A DNA stretch of 64,000 bases. Source: Paragordius varius (lineage: Eukaryota; Animalia; Nematomorpha). The stretch lies in assembly GCA_964247055.1 (NCBI GenBank), contig OZ176053.1:6944001-7008000 (forward strand), given 5' to 3'. How positions within the stretch are numbered: the first letter of the stretch is position 1; each line of letters opens with the position of its first letter. A program made the position numbers and the translations under genes. Positions 23,343 through 36,420 of this stretch are shown piece by piece. The notes beneath the pieces are model-generated. The model ran no database searches. It was not told the origin of the DNA and saw only the letters and a program-made list of their open reading frames with translations.

Positions 23343-25746
23343 ATGCCATCTGGAGAACTTGATACACGCTTTTCGGAAGCAAAGGCAAAGGCCTCGATTC
23401 TACAGAATAATATTGAATCAATAAATTCTGAATTTGCTGCCATATCGAATTTATTAAGTATCGCATTGGTTAATTATATTAAGATAATATTAACTGCAGC
23501 GTTGAATTAACAAATTTAGAAAAGGAGAAGCAATCTTTACTGACACAAATAAAAACCGTAAAAGATAAATTATTTTTTGTCGAAATATGGAATGGAAGTT
23601 TTAATTCTATATACATAATATATAAGTTAAACAATATAATGTCGACCGTATTGTTTCCGATCACAATAAAAATACAACGCCAATAAAAATAAAAACTGAG
23701 AAGATTATTGTTGATAAAACAACCAATGGTTTAGCAGATTACAATGATACAATAACAAAAACGAAAAAAGTTGAACAGCCAAAAGATACCTGTAATTTAT
23801 TTTACTGTTGAGTTTCGGTTAAAATATATTAATCTGTTATCAAATCAATATATATTTATTAACTAAATAAAACCAAACAAATTAGTTTATACTGTTTTAT
23901 AACAATCGACAAAAAATTTATACCGTTTTCTAAATATTAATAACTAACATAGTTTCTAAATAGTAGGCGGTCGTAATCATGGTAACGAAATCGTTCAATC
24001 ATTTGTTAGTAAAGATACATTTGCTAGATTTTTATTTAGTGACCATCAACAGTAAAGGGATATATAATTGACTTAAAGTTGAGCCAATAAATATGTAATT
24101 TTATTGTTTTTTTCTTTTTAATATTATCGCACTTTACTATGCCAAATTTTATTTGGCATTGTGTAATAAAAAACTAGCAATCCAATTTTTACTCAAACTG
24201 TATATGGTCATCTAAACTGATTTAATCTATGAATTGTAGCTCCTGTCACTTTTGCAAGTCAATTGGATATGCGCGTCGGTAAAATTGTTGAAATTTCCAA
24301 GCATCCAGACGCCGACACCTTGTATGTTGAGAAAATTGATTTGGGTGAACCAGAACCACGGACAGTTATTAGTGGATTAGTGGCGCATTTTCAACCCGAA
24401 CAGGTTATAGTATAGATAATAAAATTATTTAATCTATTTTATTATTTTTTGAAGAAAGCTATATTTATACTTGTGATATATATCAAAATGATTGAACACT
24501 TTATTAATCCTGCATTTATTTTTTTTGGATAAGTTATTTGACTGTGATTTATATAATATATGCCAAACACATGAATCAATTGTTATAAAACGATATACGT
24601 TAAAATTTATAGATTGGAACCATAATTATTATCTGAATTGGCATGTATAATAATTTTTACATTGGAAAATTAAATACCCTAAATTTTATCGTAAATTATT
24701 TTTACACGAGTTTTTAATGTTTAAATCTATTTAGTAGAGTAAAGTGTTTAAAGACAATTATAAGAATAAAGGCATGATTATTTTGATTTTTTTCGTTAAG
24801 TTATATTTTGTTAAGCGGTTATAAAACACGGATTAAAAATTAATTTTTAAGTAATTTAACATGCACAATTTTTCGAAGTTAAGCGTGGATATTTAGTTGT
24901 TTTATGTGTCAAATTCGTAAAGAAGCGGTTTTAGACCACACACATGCGTTAAATATAATTTTGCATTTTAATTCATTATACAGTTACAAGACCGTATGGT
25001 AATTGTTTTGTGCAATCTTAAACCTATGAAGATGCGAGGCATCCTATCCCAGGGTATGGTAATGTGTGCCGTCTCATCAACCAATAAAAAATTGGTGACT
25101 TTAAGCCCACCCAACGAACATAAAGTTGGGGACCGTATATCTTTTGGTGAACATCCAGGTATATTATGCTGTTTAAAAATGGAAATGTAATGGATTGAAA
25201 CTGAAACTATTAGTTTATTTTAAAAAGTGTCATTATGAATTGGAATCGCCTAAAACGGGTCTAAAACAATGATTTAGTTATGTGTCCACCTTTTTTCTAA
25301 GTGTTTTTTTTAAATATATTTAAAATACAAAGGATACTTTTTTGATTTTTTAAACGAAAAAAAAACACACAAAAAACTTTTGTTATAAATATCTTTTTTT
25401 GGCTATTACATATTTACATCTAAAAGAAACACGAAAAAAATCTTACAGAAACCAATCGGTACGAAGCCGCGTTTTTTAGGAACCGAAACCAGAGGCACAA
25501 AATATTCTGTCATCTATTATGTGTTTGTTTGAGAAAGTTTGTGTTATCGCTATTTTTCTGTTTGTTTTAGTTCCAGATAAAGTCAAAGAAATCAAAAAAG
25601 ATAGCTTTGCAAAATGTGCCCCTTTTCTCAAGGTTTCGGAAAATGGGATCGCTGTGTTAGGTGATTTACCATTCTATGTTAATGGGCAGGATGGCCAAAA
25701 ACATCTCATTGAATGCAAGGATATGATTGGAGCAGAAATTCGTTAA
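23343..25746 (+). CDS. AIMP1: Aminoacyl-tRNA synthetase complex-interacting protein 1 (p43/EMAPII), 6 exons, 302 aa (23343-23457, 23484-23597, 23627-23791, 24240-24403, 24984-25158, 25571-25746)
   Basis: N-terminal coiled coil ending VEIWNG|IKQY; tRNA-binding OB fold [40 protein letters not shown]...[22 protein letters not shown]; phases consistent; introns 26, 29, 448, 580, 412 nt. Confidence 0.9.
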
Positions 25747-26299
25747 ATTGACTTAATAAATATCAATTTTGCCTTTTTTAATTAATAAATTTATTATGTG
25801 TTGTTTATTTTAGCAGGTGAGCAGGTTAAAGATAATTAATTATGCATATAAGATCAAAAGAATTATCTTCAACTATATTCGGCAATAATCTCTATAATAT
25901 TGCTAATGTTTGTTGTATTTTAATGCTGAATAATGAATTTATTTATATCTTAATATAACCCTTTTTTAATTGAGTTTGATAACTGTTTGTGTCTAACAAA
26001 TATTCATTTATGTTTTGAATGAGATTATCTCGTACTTGTCATATTATCTGTTTTTAAAATGGTTATGATCTTTTTCGCACCGATTTAATATATCTCTCCC
26101 CATTTTTTTCAAGTACAAGGAAGTAACAATTATATTGATTTTTATTTTTAAGAACAATTTAAAAGGATATAATTGAGTTTTCCCCTCTCTAACAGTTTTC
26201 TTTATTTTTGACAATGATTCACCTATGGGTAACCTATAAATTTTATTTCCAAATAATGTGATAAATAAACTGATTCACAAGAAATAAATAATATTTATT

Positions 26300-28142
26300 T
26301 TATAAGTTATGTAAAGTTTTGTTAAAGGAATTATAGGCGGAATCCAAATCAAATAACATTTGCCTTACTTGTTCGGGTGTTAACTCATCTGAAACGCTCA
26401 TGGTATTTAGCGTTTGAAGCCTGTATATGCAATAATTAAATATAAATGCGCAAATAAAAACTAAAAGGCAACATATCATTATCATGATAGCATATGCAAA
26501 AGACATAAATTGTTTAATAATATGGTATTAATAAACAATTAAAAGTATATATTAAATTAATTATATAATTCGCAGAAACAATTTCGGATATTAATTAAAT
26601 TATAAAAATTTATAGTTTAGTTTGGTACTTTATGACTTTTGCTTACGTAAACCTAAAACTATAAAGAAATTTCATTTTTGTATTACATATAAAATTTGGA
26701 AAAAATTTTATATTCGATAATATCTTTCAAAAATTAAATTTAATAATGGGTGTTATTACCATGTTTGAATTTTTTTCTTGGCATCAAAATCATCGGGTAA
26801 GTTGCGTAATCGATTCATAACTTCAAGTAATTCTTTAAGATCGGGTTGGATTTCATCCATCGCTTTAATTTCGAGCCTCAATTTATCCATAATTGTGATA
26901 AATAACTATGGGTAAATTACAAATATAATCTATACAAATTGTCAAAAATTATGTTCATACGGCATTTAATATTTTGAGTTATAAACATTATAAATTAATG
27001 ACAATTATTATTTTTTATACAACATTATATAAAAATATCTTTAGAACTATAATAATTTTGAATAAAAAAATTTTTTTAATAAGATAGCTGCGTTAAAATT
27101 ATGAAACACTTATTAAATTTACTTAGAAAAATTATTAATAATAATGGTAAAAGTTGGTAAATAACTACAATGCCACTTTATTAAAATGGCACCCTAGTAT
27201 AGATATTATATATATTAAAGTTAATTCTAAAATCCCATGGATTAAAAAATTAAAAAAAATCTTTAGTAAAAATAAAAATGCCATAAGTTATAAAATTTAT
27301 ATACTGAGACAATGTCTGCTATAGATTTGCTAGTGTTTCCCTTATCATCTTTAATAGTTATGGGCCGATCATCTTTTATCCTTTCCATCGCAGCAGGAAA
27401 AGAACACTAAAATACATTAAAAAAAACAATAAATTTAGCCAAGCAATATTTTAATTCAGTGATTTTGTCAAAAATTATTAATCGGTGTAGTAATGCTTAA
27501 AAAGTTTTTTGCGGGAATTAAATGTATACAAGTTTTAGCCATTATAAATATAGGAAAGAATCCGCGAAAGGGACTTTTGCCCCTGAATAAATGGGTATTG
27601 TTATAATTTAGGGATTCCATACGTGATGCCGAATAATAAAATAGATATGGCAAACGTATGAATTTTATATTAAAATATGGTACATATAATTATAGAGGTT
27701 ATAAGAAAAAAAATTTCTTTACATTTTAAAAAAGTATTTAGTGTTAAATATAAAAAAACAGTTTTATACAGATATCAAATAATTTTAATCATGGAAATCC
27801 GAACATAGCAGTATATACCCGGTAATGATGTAAGAAATCTTCAACTGTTTTAAACTCTGCTCCCTGAACCAGTTTAAAAGCTGCTTTGTATTGAACCAAA
27901 AGTTTGGAACACGCTGCAGTATACCTATGATAAAAATATTTTGTACTCCTTAGGAGAAACAGCATCTTTAATATATGCTTTTTCCAAATTTTGAATGGTA
28001 TTTATTACGGAAAATAATTCAGCCTCATTTTCGATTCTAATTATTATTGTAAAAACTACTTTTCTCTTTCTCTCGAGGAATTAAATAATTTTATTTCCTA
28101 AATAAAGTTAAAAATTACTCTGTATAGATTTGGATTTTCCAT
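26300..28142 (-). CDS. VPS28: ESCRT-I subunit Vps28, 7 exons (28142-28119, 28097-28060, 28036-27947, 27924-27819, 27406-27305, 26905-26760, 26420-26300)
   Basis: [107 protein letters not shown] are all diagnostic of VPS28. Confidence 0.97.
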
Positions 28143-28154
28143 CCACCTTATTTT

Positions 28155-28560
28155 ATGAACGAAGGGAAATTCGGTGTTAAATTTAAAATTCAACTTGAAA
28201 AACTCTATAAAGATTACCAAACATTTATATCCCAAGAGTTAAAAGGTTTTTTCTTTTTTTTAATTATAGGTCACAGCAACAAACTTAATGTATTAGCCAA
28301 AACAAATAGTTTTTTACTTCAGAAATACAAAGAAGCGGAAAATTCGATAAAGAAATTAAATGATTTTAACATTGAAATCAATAAAAAATGTAAGGGTCAT
28401 ATAATAATTAGTTGATACTTTGCAACCGTATCTAAATCAGATTAACAAGTTGGAAGATAGAATATCTGAAATGGAAAAAATGGTGTCAAAAATTGATGAG
28501 TATACTTTAAAGCTTGAAACATCTTATCGAAAGCATTTACCAAATCATTGCGATAAATAA
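28155..28560 (+). CDS. BLOC1S2: BLOC-1/BORC subunit BLOS2, 3 exons (28155-28245, 28270-28389, 28412-28560)
   Basis: Short coiled-coil protein with ...INKKFDTLQPYLNQINKLEDRISEMEKMVSKIDEYTLKLE, matching the BLOS2 LQPYL.QI motif; introns of 24 and 22 nt. Confidence 0.85.
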
Positions 28561-28626
28561 TAAAAAGCTTATTGTCAATTGTCTACAACCTTTTCAATGT
28601 ATACAATCCTTTTCCATTTTCTGCAG

Positions 28627-30130
28627 TTTAGATTTTTAAAACATCACACACTGTGCAAAAAAGTTAATTTTTTTACAGCTAACCAGGGAATTAATTTGCC
28701 GAAAATTTTTTTCGATGGCTAATTAATTATTCAAATATTGAGAGAAAATCGAAATTGGCTAAAAATTAAAATCATGATAAAACGAGATATAAAATCATTT
28801 TATGGGATATTTACAATTTATAAATAGCGTAAAATCATATAATTAGGGTTTTTATTAAAACTAAGATCAAAATCCTATTTTACCATTAACATACTTTATA
28901 TGCAATTTTTTTTATGAAATTATATTAATTTTTTTTGAAATAATTTACTAGCTAAATTCACTATTAATTAGCATTCATATTTTATAAATAAAAAAGTATT
29001 TATCAATATATATATATGTCTTCTGATTTATAAGTATATGTTCAATGTTTTATTTTGGAATCTTACATAAGCAGGAATCTAATACAAAATAGGTAAGTAG
29101 TGGAATGTCAACCAAAAATCCGTACTAATCCCAATAAAAATATTATCTTATGTTAAAACAAACCTGCTCATGGGATTCGTATGGTTTTTCGGTTAATATT
29201 CCACTATTTTTAAACCATATTTGTATTTTATATACTTCTAATGTAAGATTACAAATTAAAAAAAAAACAATATTATATTAATTTATTTTGATCTCCTTGT
29301 TGGGAGAAAAAAACACTTAAAAGTTGATAACCTATTTTTACTGTAAATATGAAGGTAAAGATTTTAATAGTGAGTTTATCTAATAAAAAAAATTTATTTT
29401 AATATAGTTTTATAAAAAAAATTGCATATAAAGTATGTTAATGGAAAAACAGTTTTTGATGTGAGTTTCAATAAATATCCTAATTATATAATTTTAAACT
29501 TTTTATGAATTGTAATCATCCGATAAATTTGACCAGCTCTTACCTATGGTTCTAAAACTTAGGCATTAAACAAAACTTATCAAACAAACTCCTAACTAGT
29601 GAGAGCCGAATACTCAAAAGCTGCTTTCATAAACCAGAAATACATTCATTAAAAAACCGATAAAATCGATTAAATCATTCAAACTAATAGATTGAGTCTT
29701 TCATACTCAGAGAAGAGAAGCCACCCATCCTTTAACAACTGTTGAAAAAAATATGTTGATGGCAAAAGAAGAAAGGGGCGGCCACTCTTTTCTTATAATG
29801 ATAATATGAAAATGGACTTGAATCAACGTAACCTTTCCACAGAACAATGTAAAGATCGTAATTTATGGCGGGATTTACTTAATGGACACAACTCCGAATA
29901 TGGAGTCCGAATATTATCCATCCATAATTATCCGATAAAATGACAATAAATCTTAATGTCTTAAGTTTATCATTGTTTTTTTAATCATGCTTCCGTAATT
30001 TTCACTTTTTGGCCACGATCAATATTTTAAAAACTAGGTCGTCAACAAATAAAAATATCAACGGCAGATGAATTCCCTGTTCTAAGCTATCTCATATCAT
30101 TATTTTGTTAAAAAACTTTTGCACACAGTG
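28627..30130. mobile_element. Degenerate nested foldback elements
   Basis: Outer CACTGTG(TG)CAAAA..AGTT inverted ends; internal mirrored blocks at about 28850-28930 / 29395-29480 and 29040-29250. Confidence 0.5.
29700..29900 (+). mobile_element. 3' end relic of an RTE-type LINE
   Basis: Translates (broken) to HTQRRE...RKGRPLFSYNDNMKMDLNQRNLSTEQCKDRNLWRDL, the RGRP...W C-terminal pattern of RTE-clade ORFs. Confidence 0.55.
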
Positions 30131-31035
30131 ATATAATTAAAATTTAATAAGAAATTCCGCTTTTGATTAGGGATTTTACCAAAATTTTAAACATTTTGAA
30201 AACATAATTTTAGGTTGGTTCATTTTTTTGGAATCCGTGTTTCCTTTTTGGGTGACACAATTAAGAGTTAATAACAGGCTTCAAGAATTGGATCGGACCA
30301 TATAAGAGAAATAAATCCGATCTAAAATGTTTTTTGTTCAATTTCAGCAATATTTTAATTGATTTAAGACATGTTTCGATTATTACTAATCTTTATCGAA
30401 TGTAAAATACGAAAATTGGTTACGAAAAAATTGGAGCTTAAATTAAAACACAGAAAAATAAGAAAAAGTAGATTAACAATTTAATTACAAATCATTAATT
30501 TTTATTAACTACCTTATGTTCTTTTATTCGAACATTTAAACCTCTCTTTGTAACATTTTATTTTTTATATTACACATAAGAACTATGATCTTCTTTACGT
30601 TAATCAAATTAAAATATTATTAATTTATCTAATTTTTTGTATTTACGAATATTTCAATTTTATTTAACATTATCACTCTTAGGATTTAAATTCAGTAATT
30701 TGTTGATGGCTTTACTATAATAAAAATTTGCGGGTATTTTTTCTGCTAATTATTTGCTGTTATAAAATTTGTGAGGTTTTTTCTCCATATATATACTGTT
30801 TGGAATTGGCAATGTCGTCTTGTAAACTATGGAGAGATTTAAGCAATTATCCGGATGATGCAATTTATGGTTTGATATATATCTGATTTGTATTATATTT
30901 CGGTGATAATTTATTACCGTTGTATTCTACGTTAATTGAGTTGTGAAATTAATTTAATTGTTTTATATTCGTTATCTATGCAGAATCATCTCTATTTGGC
31001 AGTATAAGTTAGTTCTTTTTCTTGTTTGTTTATAT

Positions 31036-31295
31036 CAGTGGTGTCTAACACAAATGGACACGCAGGCCGTATTTTTGTATTGAACGGGAAGGACCGCATT
31101 CCCAAAAATAAAATTGGCATATATTTAATTAGATTTTAAACAGATTATATAATTTTACAATTTTTTAGCTTATTGCCGAAATTCGGAAAGATTTAATAAA
31201 AAAATTAATTGTACATAGGTTTTATAAAATTGTGCATTTGAAATTTCTCGCGGGCTGCAGAAATATTTCAGAGGGCCGCATCGTGTTAAGCCCTG
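31036..31295. mobile_element. hAT-type MITE
   Basis: CAGTGGTGTCTAACAC...GTGTTAAGCCCTG ends; near-perfect 8-bp TSD GTTTATAT/GTTTATAC; subterminal GCGGGC/GGCCGC motifs. Confidence 0.6.
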
Positions 31296-31926
31296 GTTTA
31301 TACCATATTATAATTAGTCCGTAAAAATGGGAATGTTCAGTAATTAAAATTTTTAAAGGATGAATTTTTACATTTTATCCTGTTATTAAAAATGATCAAA
31401 AAGCTTCGCTAATTTATATTTTTATTAACTGGCCCTGTCACGCTTCGCTGTGACGTAGTCTTACTAATAATCATTCTTAAAAATTTGCAATAAATAGAGT
31501 TAATGGATATAAAAAAATAATAAAAAGCATATTTAACAAAAAGAATATTTTTTTACGGGTTTTTGGATAGGCTCAAATATTGTTTACACGAAATTGACCA
31601 TATTTAAACTGTCCCTTATTAAAGTTAATATCAACTATCCTTGGATATATTTTAAGATTTTGTTTTACGAAATCATGCTTAGTTTTATTTTGAAATTGTG
31701 TTGAGACAGCTGGGACCAAGAGAAATAAAAAGTAAATCATTTGTGGTTCCTTTTTAATGGAAAGTATATTATACAAATTCCCCAGAAATGTGTCTAACTG
31801 AACTGGTATGGCTTTTAAGTTATTTGAAATTAGCTCTAGAACCACACCATTTTTGTATGGCGTCCCAGTTTTAAACCGGTAGACCCAATTCCTATAAAAA
31901 GTGCTGAGTTAAATTGGCTTGATAGG

Positions 31927-34900
31927 TAAGGTGACCAGACGTCCCGCTTTTGGCGGGACAGTCCCGCTTTTTCACATAAAAAAATTTTTTTTAATACAAA
32001 TAATTTTTTATCCGTTTAAGTTTTTTATCATTAAATATCTTTAAAATCTATATAAATTTTAAAATAAAATTTTTTATTTTTAAATTAAAAACATTTATTT
32101 TTTTCGACTTTATATCATATGATTCTACACTTTCCTTCCTACTACTACCGTCATAATATCAAAAAGCAAGTTAACACCACAAATCTCTAGATTAAAAGAC
32201 AAATTAAACCACAAATCGGTAGCTTACACGTTTATTTGAGAAAATTAAGATATAACATTAACTGTGCTAATATTTTAATATTATTACTTGCTAACATATC
32301 AAAAAGCCAAATTAATACCACAAATCGATAGCTTAAATGACAAATTGATACCACACATCAGTACCTTACACGTTTATTCTAGAAAATTAAGGTAATATAA
32401 TTAATATTATACTAATAGTAGTTTATAAATATGAGCACAAAAAGAGGTTGTAAACTCAACTATAAATTAATGAAAGATTTTTCTTTTATTAAAAAAAACG
32501 AAGAATGAATCATCTGTTAAATGTCTTATATGCGAGGGGGAATTCACCCTAGCACATGGCTGCAAGCATGATATTACGAAGCATATGGAATCACAGAAAC
32601 ATAAAAAATATTTAGATATGGGGGCATCATCTTACAAAATGAGCGATTTCGAAAGACCGCTTTTGGAGAGGAAGTAAAAAGAATTTGGCACTAGCTGAGC
32701 GTGTTATCTTTTCACGCCGTTAATCACAAAAATTCCTTTAGATCTATGGACTGTACCTCACAGTTTATTCGCACGTTATTCCATAAAAAATTTACATGTG
32801 CCCGTACAAAGGCCGAAGCCATTTTGCGCAATGTCCTTTCGCCACAGACATTTTCTGAAATACAAAAAGATTTGTTAAAAATTAAATTCTTCTCCCTATA
32901 TTCTGATGCTTCAAATCACCATGAAACATGATTCAGAAACCTGAGTAAAAATTAAAATTTTAGATTAATTTCCCTACCCGGTGAAAATTCCGAAATAATA
33001 TTTACTTCAATAATGCATATTCTAGAAAAAAATAATTTTAAGACAAAATTATCGCACATTGCGCTGACAACACCAATACGAACTTTGGTGAACAAGGAGG
33101 GGAACAAAAAATATTTTTCCGAAATTAACAGATAATCTTAATCAAAACATTATTGGCGTTCGGTGTGCAGCGCATATAATACACAACGCTATTCAAACAG
33201 CTGCTCATTTGTTACTCCTAGATGTGGAAAATGTAGTTGTTAATATATATTCCTATTTTTATATATACACGGTACGTGTTGAAACGCTTAAAGAATTCTG
33301 TGAAAATGCAGAAGTTCAATAGCAAAAAATGCTGGATATTGTAAAACTTGTTGGTTAGCTTTAATGCCAGCTATCGAAAGAATTTTAAATGTATGATCCT
33401 TTAAAATCTTTTTTTATCACAGGACAATGGTCCTACAACTTTAAAAAAGTTTTTTGAAAGTGATTCTTCAAAAATATGGTTAGAATTTTTACATAATCAA
33501 GCTTCTTTCTTTCAAAATGTTATTAAATTTATAGAAGATGACAAAATTCCGGCAATCGAAGTAGCCAATGAAATTTGTAACCTAAAATTCCAATGTCAAG
33601 AACGGTTAGAAAATAACTTTATACCATTAACCATCCGCAATATAATAAATAATTTAGAAAAACAAGGCTTAATAAACCGCCTGTACCATATAAAAATGTT
33701 CTATACAAACTGTAAAGATTATTTGGAAGACTGGATGATGCAATTCAATGAAATTGATCATTTTCGTTGGATAACATTAAAATCAGAATTTAATTGGTGC
33801 GATGTTCAAAAATCATTTGATTATATCTGCTCCCAAAATACTCAAAAAATAATCTTTCAGAAAATGATCTTTTTTTGTGAAGTATCATTAGTTAAAAGAT
33901 ATATTAATAATGAAAAAAAATTATGGACAAAAGAAAAATTATAGTCGAAAAGAAATGGTGGAAATATTTTATCATTTTGAAACAAACTATGTTCCACACA
34001 ATAATATTTTCATTATGGAATATGCACTATTTTTACGTTGCTACTGAGCGCGTTTTTTGCACAGTAAATCAGGTGTGGACATCGGAAAAATCAAATTTAA
34101 ATGTTGAAACTATAAAGGCCTTTTATCTGTTAATTATATTTTGACAAATTCTTGTGAAGACTTCCACAATATTTTAAAAAATGATGACAATCTGCTAAAA
34201 TACATTCACTCAAATAAAAAATATACCAAAGAATAAAATATTTTCTTTAAAGTTTTTGTGTTAAAAAATAAACCAAATTACTTAAGCTTCATATTGTCGA
34301 ATTATATTTGAACACATAAAATGGCTTTTATTCAACATTTAAATTTTCAGTGTCCTTACTTAATTTACTGTGGAAAAACGCGTATAGCAGTGATTCAGGA
34401 AAAGATAATGCAAATTCTACAATTTAAATTTTATTGTATGGAACATAATTTGTTTAAAAATGATTATTTTAACCATTTCTATCCTACGTATTTTTTCTTG
34501 TTGTCCATAATATAAGTTTCATTCAACATATTTATTTAATAATGAGATTTCATTAAAAAGTGTCACTGTGCACCCTCTTGTCTTCCAAATGATCGTTTCT
34601 GTTTTATAAAACATTTTTATATTCTGGCTATTCATTTAGTCTTGTTTTTCTGGATGCTTTATAATATTGAGATTAGGTAATGGTATAAAATTATTTTCTA
34701 CCCTTTTTTGACTTGGAATTTTGACTTTTGATTTGTGATAAAAAATAGGATTCTGAGATCACATTTTTAGAAATATTTCAATCGCTGGCAAAAGAGCTAA
34801 CCAACAGTTCTTTAATATCCAAGCATTTTAACATCTATATTTTCCACATCCAGGGGTAACAAATCAGTAGCTGTTTGAATAGCGTTGTGTATCTGCCAAT

Positions 34901-35236
34901 AATGTTTTGATTAAGATTATTCGCTAAATTGTTAAAAATATTTTTTGTGCCGCTTCTTGCATCACCCAGCGAACTTTGTGATGATTTCGTCTTTATTATT
35001 TTTTTCTAGAATATTACAATCACTCACACTTTGTTCGTGCTCATGTAAATTTATTGAATAAGGTAAAACAACCTGTGAGGTGCAAATTTTTTTATATTTA
35101 TAATGAATTTCTGTTAAAAATAAATAAATATTACAATAAATATTTTGTATAAAAATTTTTGGTTGTACCCCCAACGATCCCCCTTCCCCTTCTCAGATTT
35201 GTCCCGCTTTTTCCTTCAAAAAATCTGGTCACCTTA
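31927..35236 (+). mobile_element. Full-length decayed hAT transposon (Blackjack-like TIRs)
   Basis: TIRs TAAGGTGACCAGA / TCTGGTCACCTTA, subterminal GTCCCGCTTTTT repeats, 8-bp TSD TTGATAGG/TTTATAGG. Confidence 0.85.
32431..34236 (+). pseudogene. hAT transposase pseudogene
   Basis: BED-finger relic (KCLICEGEFTLAHGCKHDITKHMESQKH), FSLYSDASN catalytic region, and C-terminal dimerisation motif ATERVFCTVNQVWTSEKSNLNVETIKA, split by many stops and frameshifts. Confidence 0.85.
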
Positions 35237-35869
35237 TTTATAGGGCAAATATTTGGAAGCATCTTTGATACCATCGTCTTACATGTTATTCGGGAAAATA
35301 CCAAACACTTAATATCGTTATATGATGGCGTATTTTTAGGGCAAGGCCATAAATTAACGGCTAATAAAAAAACGCTTGACCTTATTATTTTCCTAGTTAC
35401 GGGTTATATTTCAAGCTTTTAATAAGTTATATGGCTTCATAAATTTCTGTAAATTAGCTTCGACACAAGGCAAAATCTATATTTTGGCGCAGTTTTTGGC
35501 GGGTAGCTCCAAACCCTGGGCAGAAAAAGTGCTGGGCAAAATTTCTGCCTTTATATGGGGAATATCTGGAATTAACAGGAATTTTATTAGTTCCTATTAG
35601 CCTCATAGGTTTTCTAAAATTTGGCTCCAAAGCCATGCTGTATCGATTTGGTGACGCGGTTTTACGCGGGGGGCCCCCTAACCAGGTGCGAAACAAAAAA
35701 ACGCTCGATTAAAATTTTTGACTTCGGGTAATACCTGGAATCATGATTGATTCCACATGCTCTCGTAGGATTTTCGAATAATTGTTTACCAAAAAGGTAT
35801 TCTATGGTGGCGCATTTTTCAGGGGGAAGTAATTTAATAAATGCGCTGTACCTAAATTTTTGCCTTTTT

Positions 35870-36420
35870 ACGGGTAATATTTCCAGCCCTTATTGAACTC
35901 ATGTGGCCTGATAAGTATTAAATTTGCTTATCTTACGAACACGTAACATCAGCTCCCTATTATCCCAAAAACGATATGGTGGAATGAGGGATATATATAC
36001 CCTCAAGACATACCGGTTAGCAGAATGTGACTCATAATCAAAAATAAATAACACGCTTTGGGGATACCGCACTAATATCCACATTGCTACAAATACCTGT
36101 ACCGCACAACTTTTCCTAAAACGTATACCCCCAATCCAATTACATGGCCAAAATATAATAATCAAACAGACTTCTTCAACGATGTACAGCCGAAACACGA
36201 ATACGATGAAAACGAAAATATATATATAAAAAATGAACTAGTGAATGGTTGGCGCGTAGGAATTGTAAATAAACGACTCGGATTATTCTCATATGAAATA
36301 CAAAGTGGTAAGAAAATCATCCAAAAACACTACGATCAACTAAGACCAAGGGAAGGAGGTAAATGGGAAGACAACTTCGTCCGAAGAAACTATTCTCTAG
36401 AGTCCTCACCTGGGCTTTCC
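35870..36420 (+). mobile_element. Old Ty3/Gypsy integrase fragment
   Basis: Degenerate HVTSAPYYP and GWRVGIVNKRLGLFSYEI...KHYDQLRPR, parallel to GWRPGHILERRGLLSYEV...KHADQLRRR in the 44.8-49.3 kb element. Confidence 0.7.

Noticed and set aside
23650-23800. Minus-strand transmembrane-looking reading upstream of NDOR1
   Set aside because: Antisense of AIMP1 exon 3, which splices in phase on the plus strand.
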